Shown: positions 19,771 through 30,879, counted from the stretch's first letter. The stretch is 64,000 nucleotides of DNA from an uncultured delta proteobacterium (GCA_963803435.1 CAWDML010000009.1:992001-1056000); one strand, 5' to 3'. Notes: generated by a model from the sequence alone, not told the origin. Made by a program: numbers and translations.

Positions 19771-21076
19771 TCACAGGAAGCGGCCGAAGCGGTTGCCGCC
19801 CCGGCGCGCGCCGTCGGGCTTCGCGGCATCGCCGGACATGCCGACGATGATCCGCGCACCCTCGTCGAGGTCCTTCGCGGAGATCTCGGTCCGCTCTCCG
19901 TCGGAGAGCCCGACCTCGACGGGAACGGCCGCCGGCTGTCCGCGCTCGATCTTCCAGATAAGTCGCTCGTGGCCGTTGCTCGCCCGCGCCTCCGGCGGCC
20001 GGAAGCGGAGCGCCGCGCTGGGAACCACCAGGACCTCCTCGTGCGCCTCGACCACGAAGGTGACGTCTGCGGTCATTCCCGGGCGAAGCTCGAGCTCCGG
20101 GTTGTCGACGGAGACCACCGCGTCGTACGTGACGACGTTCTGCACGGTGACCGGCGAGTAGCGGACCTCCTTCACCACTCCAGCGAAGGTCTTGCTGGCG
20201 AAGGCGTCGACGGTGAACTCCACCGCTTGACCCGGCAGCACGCGACCCACGTCCGACTCGGCGACGCTGGTGTGCACCTCCATTTTTCGCGGGTCCTCGG
20301 CGATGGTGAACAGCGTCGGAGCCTGGAAGGACGCCGCCACGGTCTGACCGACGTCGACGCCGCGTGGAGATCACCACGCCGTCGATCGGAGAGCGGATCT
20401 CGGTGTACGCCAGGTTGGTCTCGGCCACCTTCACCGCCGCCTGCGCCAGCTCGATCGCCGCCTGCGAGGACGCGACGCTCGCCGCCGCCGTCTCCAGCGC
20501 CACCCGTGCCGAGTCCGCGTCGGCGGCCGCGACCATGTTCTTGTCCGCCAGTGCGGCGTAGCGTGCCTGATTGAGCTTCGCGTTCGCGTACTCGGCCTGG
20601 GCCCGGCGCATCGCGGCCCGCGCCGAGGCCAGATTCGCGCGCGCGCGGAGGAGCTCACCCTCGAACAGAGACGGATCGATCTTCGCGATCAGCTGTCCCT
20701 TCTTGACCGTCGAGTTGAAGTCGGCGCCGAGCTCCATCACGCGCCCGGAGACCTGGCTCCCGACCGTCACCGTCACCAGCGGCGAGAGCGTGCCCGTGGC
20801 GATGACCCGATCGGAGACGCTCCCGCGCTCCACCTCGACGGTCTCGAAGCGCGGCGCAGCTGCCGGCTTCCCGCTCCTCCACAGGGAAACGGCGACCGCG
20901 GCCGAGAGGCCGGCGAGCGCCAGGATCAGGTTGCGCCGCTTTTTCCACGTCATCACGCTGGTGAGACGCTCGATCGGCCCCGGAGGCTTCCTCGTTTCAG
21001 GAAGTCCTAGGGTCCTTAACAATCCTTCGGGCTCAGGCTCGACCTCGGTCGAATGACCGAGGTCGCCGAGCCTCAT
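19771..21076 (-). CDS. macA: MacA-type membrane fusion protein (frameshift near 20360; start could be 20953)
   Basis: VGSQVSG, DFNSTVKKGQLIA, IRSPIDGVVI, VAASFQAPTLF, LRPGMTA. Confidence 0.85.
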
Positions 21077-21184
21077 GTAATCGTGATCGCGATCAGCCAC
21101 AGCACGATCACAGAAGACAAGCGTTCGTCGGTCCGTCATAGCGGGCTGACTGTTTCGCCTGCGAGACCGAAAGGAACCCAAACG

Positions 21185-21484
21185 ATGCGAACACTGATTG
21201 TAGCAACCTCGTCTCTTCTTCTCTCCGCCTCTCTGCTCGTCGCGTGCGGCAGCAGCCCGTGCGACGACGTCGCCTCTGAGGTCGAGGCTTGCTTCTCCGC
21301 GCTGGACTGCACCACCAAATCGGACCAGGCGGACATGATGGCCTGTGAGACCGCGAAGGCGGATTTCCAGGCGTCGAGCGGGAGCGGCGGCAAGTGCAAC
21401 GCCGTCGAAGAGCAGCTTGCGAAGGCGTGCCTCGACGGTGGAACGATCAGCGCCGATACGAACTGTGCCTGTCAGCTGAACTGA
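21185..21484 (+). CDS. Small Cys-rich lipoprotein
   Basis: AAAGGA RBS, lipobox LVAC, 8 further Cys in 99 aa. Confidence 0.75.
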   Translation: MRTLIVATSSLLLSASLLVACGSSPCDDVASEVEACFSALDCTTKSDQADMMACETAKADFQASSGSGGKCNAVEEQLAKACLDGGTISADTNCACQLN

Positions 21485-21489
21485 GCGCA

Positions 21490-21566
21490 GGCCGTCTTAA
21501 ACGTCTAAATTCAGCTCGGCTCGACGGAGGGTGGATGTCTCGGCCCGAGCTTTGAATTAGACGGCC
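21490..21566. repeat. AT-rich imperfect inverted repeat directly upstream of the MYXO-CTERM gene
   Basis: CGTCTAAATTCAGCTCGG (21502-21519) versus CCGAGCTTTGAATTAGACG (21545-21563); GGCCGTCT (21490) can pair with the same right arm instead. Confidence 0.6.
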
Positions 21567-21569
21567 CCG

Positions 21570-23654
21570 ATGCGCGCCGGTGTTGCCTCCCTCCTGATCC
21601 TCCTCTTACCCGCCCCGCTCCTCGCGCAGAGCCTGATCCCAGGCCCCGGACAGCCGGGCTCGAACCCGGCCCTCCATGCGCTCGCCGGTGCGTACGATCG
21701 CCAGTTCCACACCTTCAACGCGATGCTGTTCGGGATCTCGCTCGATCCGTTCATCCCCGATCCGAACGATCGCGCGCTGGTCGCCGCGTTCCTGGCGCAA
21801 ACCGCCGAGCCGGACTTCCTCACGTTCACCGCGAGTCTGGGTACGCCCCGCTCGGTCGCGGACGTCATCGGTTCGTACGACGAGCACGGCGACATCGGGA
21901 TGTTCGGAGGTGTGCCTGCGGGCGCGGACGCGTTCCGCTACGCAGTGCTTCGGGACAGCGGTGCGGCCCCGGCGGACGTCGGCGCCGCCCGCGCCGATCT
22001 GCTGCGGGCGATCGCCAGCTTCAACGTCTACGCGCGCATCACGGGTGAGCCGGGCACGATCGCCCGCGGGATCCGTCTGGTCTCCGAGGCCGGTGCTCCG
22101 CCCGAAGCGTTGCCTCCGACGTGCGGCGATGCCTGGGATCGCGGGACCAACGTCTGGCGCACCGATCAGACGGGCCAGTTCCCCGGCTGGTACTGGCTGG
22201 ACAACACCAGCAAGGATCAGCTGCTCGGCTACGTCTTCGCGCTGGGCGCGTTCTGGGACGCGGTGGCGCTCGATCCTTCGATTCCCCAGACCATCCGGGA
22301 CGATCTGCAGGCGAACGCGCTCGCGATGGGACGTTCGCTGATGCAGCCGGTCGAGGTCAGGCCGGGCACCTCGATCGATCTGGTGATCCGCGACGCGAAC
22401 GGCTGCGCGACACGCTTTCACGACCTGAACCCACGCGAGGTGGTGCTGGGCGGCTCGCCGCCCCTCGTCCTCGACGAGACCTCGAACAATCGGATCGGCT
22501 TCAATGCGCTGGCCGCGCTCGGGATCGTCCGGACGCTCTACCACGTGTCGGGCGATCCGGTGCTCCGCAGCTACTACTACGACGAGCTGATCGACGCGCG
22601 CGGCTACGCGACCGTGGTGAACAGCGGTGCGGCGCGTTTGAGGAACATGTTTGCGAACACCTGCATCGCTGGAAACTGCCTGGTCACGAACTTCTCCAAC
22701 GTCAACATGGCGTTCGTTTCGATCTACGGCGTGCTCCGCTACGAGACCGACCCGGCGCTGCGGTCCGCGTACCAGACGATCCTCCAGGACGACCTCTGGA
22801 CCGGTCCGCGGCCCCACATGGGGCTCGAGATCCAGCAGGCGTTCTTCAACCTGCTCTACGCAGGCTTCCGCGCCGGGGCGACCGACGACGCGCAGGCGAA
22901 CAATGCCGCCGCCTCCCTGATCGAGTGGCCGGCGCCGCCGTACTGGGACCCGCTCGTCGAGAACTGCGATGCGGCCGAGCTGTCGGCCGGCACTTGCCTC
23001 GCCATCGATGGGACCACCGTCATCACGCTCGACTCCATCCCCGCGCGCGGAGGCGGTGCCGCCTCGGAGACGCCGCTGCCGAAGCGTCTCCGGGCGCCGA
23101 ACGGGTGGGAGTGGCGCAGCGATCCTCGCGTCGTCAACGGCGGCGGCGGCGATCGCCTCAACCCCGGCGGCGACTTTCGTGCCGCCTACTGGCTCGGCCG
23201 CTTCCTCGCGCGCGCCGGCGATAGCGACGTCAACGTCTCCCCGATCGCGCGCAACCCGGACGGAACCGGTGGGCCGCCGCCGCTCGCCGCCGACGCCGGC
23301 GTGTCGACCGACGCGGCTCCAATCGAGGACGCGGGCGGCGACGATGGGGACGCGGGTGTCCCGAACGATGCGTCCGCGGTGGTCGACTCCGGCTTCCCAG
23401 GCGACGCGTCGCTCGCGCCGGACGCCGATGTCCCGAGCAAGGACGCGGAGCTCGCGGACGGCGGCGAGACGAGCGGGTCGGACGCGCCCGCGGTCGACGG
23501 CGGGGCCCCCGAGGCGCCGGCCGCCACAGGCTGCGGGTGTAGCGCCCCGCATCGCTCGAGCGCGCGGGCCGGCTGGCTCCTCCTGGCGTTCGTCCCACTC
23601 CTGCTCCGCCGCCGCGACCACCGGGATCCCCGACCGCCCAACGCCGGTTGGTGA
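21570..23654 (+). CDS. Surface protein with MYXO-CTERM sorting signal
   Basis: Signal peptide; DAG/DSG low-complexity stalk; GCGCS...WLLLAFVPLLLRRR. Confidence 0.85.
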   Translation: MRAGVASLLILLLPAPLLAQSLIPGPGQPGSNPALHALAGAYDRQFHTFNAMLFGISLDPFIPDPNDRALVAAFLAQTAEPDFLTFTASLGTPRSVADVIGSYDEHGDIGMFGGVPAGADAFRYAVLRDSGAAPADVGAARADLLRAIASFNVYARITGEPGTIARGIRLVSEAGAPPEALPPTCGDAWDRGTNVWRTDQTGQFPGWYWLDNTSKDQLLGYVFALGAFWDAVALDPSIPQTIRDDLQANALAMGRSLMQPVEVRPGTSIDLVIRDANGCATRFHDLNPREVVLGGSPPLVLDETSNNRIGFNALAALGIVRTLYHVSGDPVLRSYYYDELIDARGYATVVNSGAARLRNMFANTCIAGNCLVTNFSNVNMAFVSIYGVLRYETDPALRSAYQTILQDDLWTGPRPHMGLEIQQAFFNLLYAGFRAGATDDAQANNAAASLIEWPAPPYWDPLVENCDAAELSAGTCLAIDGTTVITLDSIPARGGGAASETPLPKRLRAPNGWEWRSDPRVVNGGGGDRLNPGGDFRAAYWLGRFLARAGDSDVNVSPIARNPDGTGGPPPLAADAGVSTDAAPIEDAGGDDGDAGVPNDASAVVDSGFPGDASLAPDADVPSKDAELADGGETSGSDAPAVDGGAPEAPAATGCGCSAPHRSSARAGWLLLAFVPLLLRRRDHRDPRPPNAGW

Positions 23655-23895
23655 AACCCGGAACGCGCCGAAAAGAGCTCGAACCGCTGGTGAGCGCCGG
23701 CCGATACAGGAGCCGGTGACGCGCACTTCGAGAACCTCTGCCCAGAACAGCGGTGCGATTTCACTCGAGCCACCGGACGCGATCCCGGCGGGCCGCGGTG
23801 CACGAAGGACGGCCGAGGCGATCGTCCCTCGCCTCGACGGGAAGCTGCACGGGGCCGGCCCGGCCTCGAGCGCGCGCTCGCTCGGAAGGCCTTCG

Positions 23896-26800
23896 ATGGT
23901 CGAGCTCCGCACCTCGTCGGCGCGGCTCGATTGGGCCGCCTTCCCGAACGTCCTCACGGCGGACGAGATCACGGCCCTCGGCCCTCGGGCGCTCGGGCTG
24001 GTGGGCGGCAAGAACTACAACATGGCCCAGCTGAACAGCATCCCGGGGGTCCGGGGCGCCGAGTTCCGGGCCGTGACGGCGTCCGCGTACGACCGCCATC
24101 TCGATCAGGCGACGATCGACGGGTCGTCCCTGGACGCGTTCCTCAGCCGGCTGTTCGCGCGGACCGACTTCAAGGCGCTCGCCGCCAAGGACGGGAACGC
24201 GTTCCAGCAGGACTTCGTGCTGGCCGAGAGCGAGCGGTTCGTCGCTCGATTCCGCGGCAAGGAGGATGTTCCTCTCCGTTCGTACCTCGACGGGCTGATC
24301 GCTGAGGCCAAGCAGGCGCTCGCCGCCCGACCGGAGGATCGACTCGAGATCCTCCGACGCCTCTCGATCTCCGCCCAGATCGCGATGCTGGCCGCGCCGA
24401 TGCCGGAGGCAGTCGAGCAGGACCTCCGCGCGGCGTACCAGGATCTCTGCGATGAGGTCGGCACGTGCGATTCTCGAGGTCGCGGTCCGGAGCTCGGCGG
24501 TCGGTGAGGACGGCGACGACGCGGCCTTTGCGGGCGCGCAGGACACGTACCTGAACATCTCGGGCGCCGACGCGGTCGCGAGGCACGTCCAGCGGAACTT
24601 CGCCTCCGGCTTCAACGTGCGGGCGCTCGAATACCGCTTGTCGCAGATCGACAAGGAGGTCGCCGAGCGGGGCACGCCGCTGGCGGAGGCCCTCGACAAG
24701 TTCGACTTCGACAACATCGCGGTGAGCGTGTCGATCCAGAAGATGATCAAGTCCGAGCAGGCCGGTACAGCGTTCAGCATCGATCCCGCCTCAGGACTTC
24801 CGGGCGTGGTCTCGATCGACGCGAACTTCGGCTACGGCGAGTCGGTCGTCGGCGGCCGGGTCACGCCCGACAACTTCCTCATCACCGACGACGGCAAGCT
24901 GATCGTGAAGACGCTCGGTGAGAAGAAGCTGGCGGTGGTCGACCGTGCCGGCGGTGGCACCGTCGAGGTCGAGCTCGACGACCAGCGCGCTCACGAGTGG
25001 TCGCTCACCGACGAGCAGGTGCGCCAGATCGCCGACATGGTCAGAGCCGTCGCGAAGCACTACCGAAAGTACGTCGATACCGAGTTCGCGATCGATCGGA
25101 CCGGCCCCTACCTGGTGCAGGCGCGCCCGGAGACCAAGCACAACGAGGAGCCGCCGGGCGTGATTCACCTGGAGCGGTTCGAGGTGCCCGACAAGGCGGC
25201 CCGCGCCACGCGCGCCGTCCTCGAGGGGGACGGGGCCTCGAAGGGCGCCGCCGTCGGCACGGTGCGTTTCGTGGACAACATCCACGATCCCGAGGTGCTC
25301 GCGCGCTTCGCCCCGGGCGACATCCTCGCCGCCGAGCGGACCGACCCCGACTTCCTCCCCCTGTTCAAGCGCGCCTCGGCGATCCTCGCGGACGTGGGCG
25401 GCCGCACCTCGCACGCCGCGATCACGTCGCGCGAGCTGAACATCCCCGCGGTGATCGGCATCGGCGATGTCGAGAGCCTGCGCGCGCTCGACGGCCAGAC
25501 CGTCACCGTCGACGGCTCTCGCGGTGCCGCCTACCCGGGTGCCCTCGAGCTGGCGAAGGCGGGGCAGCACATCGACACCAACGAGCTTGCAAAGGTGAAG
25601 ACCAAGACCGCGGTCGGTCTGATCCTGGCCGACCTCGATCAAGCCAAGGCGCTCCACGCGCTCGCCCGCCTGCCCGACTTCAAGGTCGGTCTGCTCCGCG
25701 CCGAGTTCGTGCTCGGGGCGATCGGCGTGCACTATCAGGCGCTCAAAGCGTACGACCACGGAGTCCTCGAGGAGGCGGCCTGGCGGGTCGGCCGGGGCGA
25801 GCCCTCTGACGCCGCCGGATCCGCGGACGACGAGCGCACCCAGCTGCTCCGCGCCACGATGGAGGGCGTGCGCGACCAGCCGCCGGAGGCCGCCGCCCGG
25901 CAGCTCCTCGAGCTGAAGGCCGAGCTCGACGCCCGCTTGAAGAAGAGCGGCTTCACCAGCGGGCACGAGTTCTACGTGGAGATGCTGTCCCAGCGGATCG
26001 CGTTGTTTGCGCACGTGTTCGCGGGTCGCGACGTCATCTACCGGACCACCGACTACAAGAGCAACGAGTACCAGGGGCTCCTCGGCGGCGCGCTGTTCGA
26101 GGAGAAGGAGTCGAACCCCATGCTCGGCTATCGAGGCGTCTCACGCTCGATCGATCCGTGGGAGCTCGAGGCGTTCCGAAAGGCCCGCGACGAGTACGGC
26201 GCCACCAATCTCCACATCATGTTCCCGTTCGTGAGGACCGAGGACGAGATCGTGTCGACCGTGGCCGTGGCGCGGGCGCGCGGCGTAAAGAGCGGAGACA
26301 AGGGCCTCAAGGTGTTCGTGATGGCCGAGATCCCGTCGGTGGCGGCGCTCCCGAAGAGCTTCCTGCGCCACGTCGACGGCTTCTCCATCGGGAGCAACGA
26401 TCTCACGCAGGGCATGCTGATGACCGACCGCGACTCGGCTCGGCTCCAGCGCACCTACGATGAGGAGGAGCCGTCCGTCGTCCAAGGGATGCTCGCGATC
26501 ATCTTCTCCGCGATCGCCGAGGGGAAAGAGGCCGGCTTCTGCGGTCAGGGCGTCTCCAACAGCGAGTTCATCGCGGCGATGGTGTCGGTCGCCGGCATCA
26601 CCTCCGCGAGCGCGACGCCGGACGTCTTCGTCAAGGTGAAGCGGCTGGTCGCGGACATCGAGTCGCGCGGGATCGGCGTCGCGCAGCTCGGCGAGTGGAT
26701 GAACCAGCACAAGCGCGCCCGCATGCACGAGGCCCTCGACGGTCTCCGGGCGAGCGGGCTGTTCGGCGCGCGCGCGCCCGGCCCCGAGAGCTCCCCCGAG

Positions 26801-27043
26801 GAGGCGTATGCGTTCGTCCAGCGCGCGCTGATCCGCGCGCATCGCGAGGCCGCGAGCACGGTCCCGGCGACCCACGCGCGCGGCCGGCAGCGCCTCCTCG
26901 AGCTGAGCAAGGCGAGCAAGGCGGTCATCGGAGCGAACAACGACTGGCGCGAGGTGGTCGACAACGCTCTCCACACCGCCGGCTTCGACTCGGCGGAGGC
27001 GTACGATCGGGCGCTGGCCGCGGCGCGCAGGAGGCACGGGTGA
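23896..27043 (+). CDS. ppsA: Phosphoenolpyruvate synthase (frameshift near 24460; start may be GTG 23716)
   Basis: VGGK, AVRSSA.GED, GGRTSHAAI (phospho-His), GLLRAEF, NPMLGYRG, DGFSIGSNDLTQ, GFCGQG. Confidence 0.88.
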
Positions 27044-27237
27044 GCGCCGCCGAGGGCTACTGCGAGGTCTGCGAGGCGCTCGTCCCGCTCGACGACGTCT
27101 GCGAGAAGACGACCAACACCGGCAAGCGCTACCTGGAGGGGAAGTGCCGCGCGTGCGGCGCGCTGGTCCAGTGCGTCCCTGGGGAGGGGGAGGATCACGA
27201 GGCGCTCTCTCAGGGGCTGATGATGAAGTCGTCGTGA
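27040..27237 (+). CDS. Small zinc-ribbon protein (DUF5679-like)
   Basis: YCEVC...G..YLEGKCRACG; AGGAGG RBS; GTGA overlap with the ppsA stop. Confidence 0.6.
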   Translation: MSAAEGYCEVCEALVPLDDVCEKTTNTGKRYLEGKCRACGALVQCVPGEGEDHEALSQGLMMKSS

Positions 27238-28292
27238 ACGTCGCGCGCCGGGTTGTTGCCCAGGGCGCGGACGGCGTCGCGGAGCTCGAAGAGGTGGGAT
27301 GAATCCAAGGGCAGGGCGTGCTCGTTGGGCTGGTACGTCGAGCCGATGGGATAGTCGATGCCCGGGGAGTCGGACATCTCGATGTGCGTGCCGAGGACGT
27401 AGGCGATCGGGTGGAGCAGGGCGAAGGCGCCGAGGCGCTCGACGCTGTCCGAGTACGCCGACCAATCCGAGACGTAGAGACGCCCGGGGTAGAGCGTATC
27501 GCCGGTGAGCAAGAGGCCGGTCGCGCGATCGTACACGGCGAGGTGGCTCGTCTGGTGTCCCGGGATCGGGAGGATGTCGAGGACCCGGCCGCCCAGATCG
27601 TAGGTCACCTCCTGGGTGGGCCAGCTCGCGATCCCGAAGAAGGCCGAGACCGCGGAGACGCTGGTGCCGACCACCGTCGTGCCGGGCTGTCCCATGAACT
27701 GGCCGTCGGCGGCGATGTGATCGCCGTGGGCGTGCGAGTGGGTGACGACGAGCTCGATCGAGTCGCGGCTCCGGCCGGCCAGCCAGGTCGTGATCAGATC
27801 CTCGACGGTCGCGCGCAGCGGGAACACGGCCGCGTCCGCGGTGGCGCCGGTGTCCTGCATGAAGACCTTCTCCTCTCCAAAGAGGAGATAGATGAACGGC
27901 GCCTCGTAGTGGATGCATTTGTTCTGGCGGAGGATGAAGGTGTCGGCGTTGTACGCGTGGACCTGGAGAGGCGGATCGGTGTTCTGGGCGCAGTCGGCGG
28001 AGCCGTGGATCCAGGTCGCCTCGATCGTGCCGGGGACCAGACCTCCGGCGTCCGGTAAGCCGGCGTCCGGATCGATCCCGGCATCGACGGCGGCGTCGAC
28101 CTCGGCGGTGGCGTCCTCGTCTCCGGCGGCGTCCTCGCCGAAGGTGGCGTCCAGCGGCGTGGCGTCGGCGGCGCTCGCGTCCTTCGGGCCCACCTCCTCG
28201 GTGGTTCCGCTGTCCGGGATCGAGCGCTGAGTCCCGGGTCGGCCGGCGGGCACGCACGCCGCGAGCGCGAGACACCAAATCGTGGACCGCAC
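27210..28292 (-). CDS. MBL-fold metallo-hydrolase lipoprotein
   Basis: Lipobox LAAC; THSHAHGDH, PGH, TGD and GTH metal ligands. Confidence 0.88.
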   Translation of the reverse strand: MRSTIWCLALAACVPAGRPGTQRSIPDSGTTEEVGPKDASAADATPLDATFGEDAAGDEDATAEVDAAVDAGIDPDAGLPDAGGLVPGTIEATWIHGSADCAQNTDPPLQVHAYNADTFILRQNKCIHYEAPFIYLLFGEEKVFMQDTGATADAAVFPLRATVEDLITTWLAGRSRDSIELVVTHSHAHGDHIAADGQFMGQPGTTVVGTSVSAVSAFFGIASWPTQEVTYDLGGRVLDILPIPGHQTSHLAVYDRATGLLLTGDTLYPGRLYVSDWSAYSDSVERLGAFALLHPIAYVLGTHIEMSDSPGIDYPIGSTYQPNEHALPLDSSHLFELRDAVRALGNNPARDVHDDFIISP

Positions 28293-28432
28293 GGATCCAT
28301 CATAAGGGCCCGCCCGAGCCAGCGCGTCTCGACCAAATCGACCCTCGGTCGGGCGCGCAAGCATCGGATCATTCAACGGGATGTCGGCTGCGCCTCGCTC
28401 GAGAACAAAAGCAGGATGGTCGAGACGTCCCC

Positions 28433-28734
28433 GTGGACGACCGTGAGCGTGCCTTCCTGAGTGCCGAGACCGCGCGCTGCCTGGCCTACGCGCTCTCGTA
28501 CGAGGAGTGCATCGGCTTCAGCAAGGGCGGTCTCTCCTCTGCCGAGGAGCCTCGATCCGTCGCGCCGACGAGATCGCATTCTTCTCGCTGGACCCAGCGT
28601 TCATCGAGGCGCTCGAGGCGCACCTCGAGCGCAACGTGAAGCTCGAGCTCACGCGCAGCGAGGGCCGGCTGTACGTCACGGTCGACGGCCAGGCGATCGA
28701 AGGCGCGATCGAGCGCGTCCAATACTCCGCGTGA
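28433..28734 (+). pseudogene. yaeQ: YaeQ family remnant (5' truncated, internally deleted)
   Basis: RCLAYALSYEECIGFSKGGLSSAEEP joined out of frame to the YaeQ-like C-terminus IRRADEI...LELTRSEGRLYVTV; the middle WIE/DxG region is absent. Confidence 0.6.
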
Positions 28735-28746
28735 TACAAGGGAAGC

Positions 28747-30105
28747 GTGGAGCTGTCGAACAGCTACGCCGAGCTGCCGGACCGCTTCTTTCAGCGGATT
28801 GACCCGGTCCCCGTCGCCCACCCTCGACTGCTCCTGTGGAACGCGCCGCTGGCCGAGGCGCTCGGGATCCACGAGACCCTCCCGGAGGACGAGTCGGCGA
28901 TCGCCGCCTGGTTCGCCGGGAACGCGCGCCTCCCGGGCTCGGAGCCGTTGGCGCTCGCCTACGCCGGCCACCAGTTCGGACACTTCGTGCCGCAGCTCGG
29001 CGACGGCCGGGCCCACCTACTGGGCGAGGTTCGCGACCGCTCGGGACGGCTGTGGGACGTGCAGCTGAAGGGCTCGGGACCCACCGCGTTCTCGCGCCGT
29101 GGCGATGGCCGATGCGCGCTCGGCCCGGCGATCCGCGAGTTCATCATGAGCGAGGCGATGCACGCCCTGGGCGTGCCCACGACCCGAACCCTCGCGGTGG
29201 TGACGACCGGCGAGCCGGTGCTCCGCGAACGACGGCTTCCCGGTGCGATCGTCACGCGGGTCGCGGCGAGCCATCTGCGCGTGGGGACCTTCCAGTACTT
29301 CGCCGCACGCCGCGATCAGGAGGCGCTCGAGGCGCTCCTCGACTACGCCATCCAGCGCCACTATCCGGACCTCGACCGCGCACCGGATCGGGCGTCCGCC
29401 TTCGTACGCGCGGTGACCGCGCGGCAGATCGACCTCGTCGTGGATTGGATGCGGGTCGGGCTGATCCACGGCGTCATGAACACCGACAACACGGCGATCT
29501 CGGGGGAGACGATCGACTATGGACCGTGCGCCATGCTCGGCATCTACGATCCCGAGACGGTCTACAGCTCGATCGACGCCAGGGGACGCTACGCCTTCGG
29601 CAACCAGCCCCTGATCGCCGGCTGGAACATGGCGCGCCTGGCCGAGTGTCTGCTCCCGCCGCCGGAGGTCGAGTCGATCGTCGCGGCCTACCCCCAGCAG
29701 CTCGAAGCGGCGTGGTTCGCGATGATGGGCAAGAAGCTCGGCATCGCGACGGTCACAGAAGACGACCACGACCTCGTGACCTCGCTCCTCGCTCGCCTCC
29801 AGCAGCGGCGGCTCGACTACACGATCGCGTTCCAGCGGCTGGACGATCTGGGCGAATGGTCGCAGCGCTGGCGTGCGCGCGCCGACGCGCTCGAGAGAAT
29901 GGAGCGCGCCAACCCGCTCGTCATCCCGCGCAACCACCACGTCGAGGCGGCGCTGGAGGCCTGCGTCCGGGACGGCGATCTCGAACCGACCCGCCGGCTG
30001 CTCACCGTGGTGCGCTCGCCGTACACGCGGCTCGACGCGACCCCGGACTACCAGGAGCCTCCGCCCGACGGCGACGCCGGCTACCAGACGTTCTGCGGCA
30101 CCTGA
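28747..30105 (+). CDS. selO: Protein adenylyltransferase SelO (YdiU)
   Basis: YAGHQFG..QLGDGRA, QLKGSG.T.FSR.GDGR, HGVMNTDN, IDYGPC, C-terminal TFCGT. Confidence 0.93.
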   Translation: MELSNSYAELPDRFFQRIDPVPVAHPRLLLWNAPLAEALGIHETLPEDESAIAAWFAGNARLPGSEPLALAYAGHQFGHFVPQLGDGRAHLLGEVRDRSGRLWDVQLKGSGPTAFSRRGDGRCALGPAIREFIMSEAMHALGVPTTRTLAVVTTGEPVLRERRLPGAIVTRVAASHLRVGTFQYFAARRDQEALEALLDYAIQRHYPDLDRAPDRASAFVRAVTARQIDLVVDWMRVGLIHGVMNTDNTAISGETIDYGPCAMLGIYDPETVYSSIDARGRYAFGNQPLIAGWNMARLAECLLPPPEVESIVAAYPQQLEAAWFAMMGKKLGIATVTEDDHDLVTSLLARLQQRRLDYTIAFQRLDDLGEWSQRWRARADALERMERANPLVIPRNHHVEAALEACVRDGDLEPTRRLLTVVRSPYTRLDATPDYQEPPPDGDAGYQTFCGT

Positions 30106-30127
30106 GCTCGGCGACTCCGCACCCGAT

Positions 30128-30811
30128 TCAGGCGCGCTCGTCCGCCACGTCCTGGATCGCGATCGCCGGTCCCGCCATCAGGATCCCGCCGACCCACAGC
30201 ACCCGGATCGCCCAGACCCACCCGACCGACGCCCCCGCCGCGCTCCGATGCAACGCCAGCGGGAAGAACAGCAGCGCGAACCCGAGCAGCGCCATCGCGC
30301 CGCCCGCGAGGAGCTGCCGCCGCCGCCCCGGCCGCACGATGAGGTCGATCCCAGCCGACAACGCGGGGACCAGCCCCGCGGGATCCCACGCGCGCACGAA
30401 GACGTCCCGCCGCAGCCAGCAGAGCGCGACACCGCCCGCACCGATCATCACGAACGGAGACATCGAAGCCGCAGACGGATGCGTCCCGTACGCCGCGATC
30501 ATCTCCGCTCCGTCCGGCTCCATGCCCACTGCGATCCGGATCGCGACGCTCCCTGCGATCCAGAGCAACGCGAGCCCGCCGGTGAGGAGCGCCGGCGTGG
30601 ATCGCCAGCGCGCCGCCGTCACCGCCGTCGCAGCGAGACCATAGATCGCGGCCAGCAACGCCGACGGCAGCGCGCCGATCCGCAATCCGCCGGTGATCGA
30701 CAGCGCCAGCACCACGCCACCGACGAACGGCAGCAGCAGAAACGCGAGCACCGCCGCGTTCGGTCCCTTGCGTCGCGCGAGGTCGAGCGAAGACTCGCCA
30801 GGCTTCAGCAC
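30128..30811 (-). CDS. Hypothetical integral membrane protein
   Basis: About six hydrophobic helices. Confidence 0.55.
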   Translation of the reverse strand: MLKPGESSLDLARRKGPNAAVLAFLLLPFVGGVVLALSITGGLRIGALPSALLAAIYGLAATAVTAARWRSTPALLTGGLALLWIAGSVAIRIAVGMEPDGAEMIAAYGTHPSAASMSPFVMIGAGGVALCWLRRDVFVRAWDPAGLVPALSAGIDLIVRPGRRRQLLAGGAMALLGFALLFFPLALHRSAAGASVGWVWAIRVLWVGGILMAGPAIAIQDVADERA

Positions 30812-30879
30812 CCGACCAGGCTAGCAGCGCCCCTCCCAGCGCTTCGACCGCACAGCCCCGCACCTCGACCCACCGGATG

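Noticed and set aside
28424-28436. GACGTCCCCGTGG resembling the att core at the broken yaeQ 5' end
   Set aside because: The central AA is mismatched and no att arm is present. Similar GACGTCCCC strings occur by chance inside the kinase CDS (near 56391 and 56959).
30040-30105. Possible selenocysteine at the SelO C-terminus
   Set aside because: The protein ends TFCGT-TGA with Cys at the redox position. The TGA sits at the normal terminus and no SECIS is evident.
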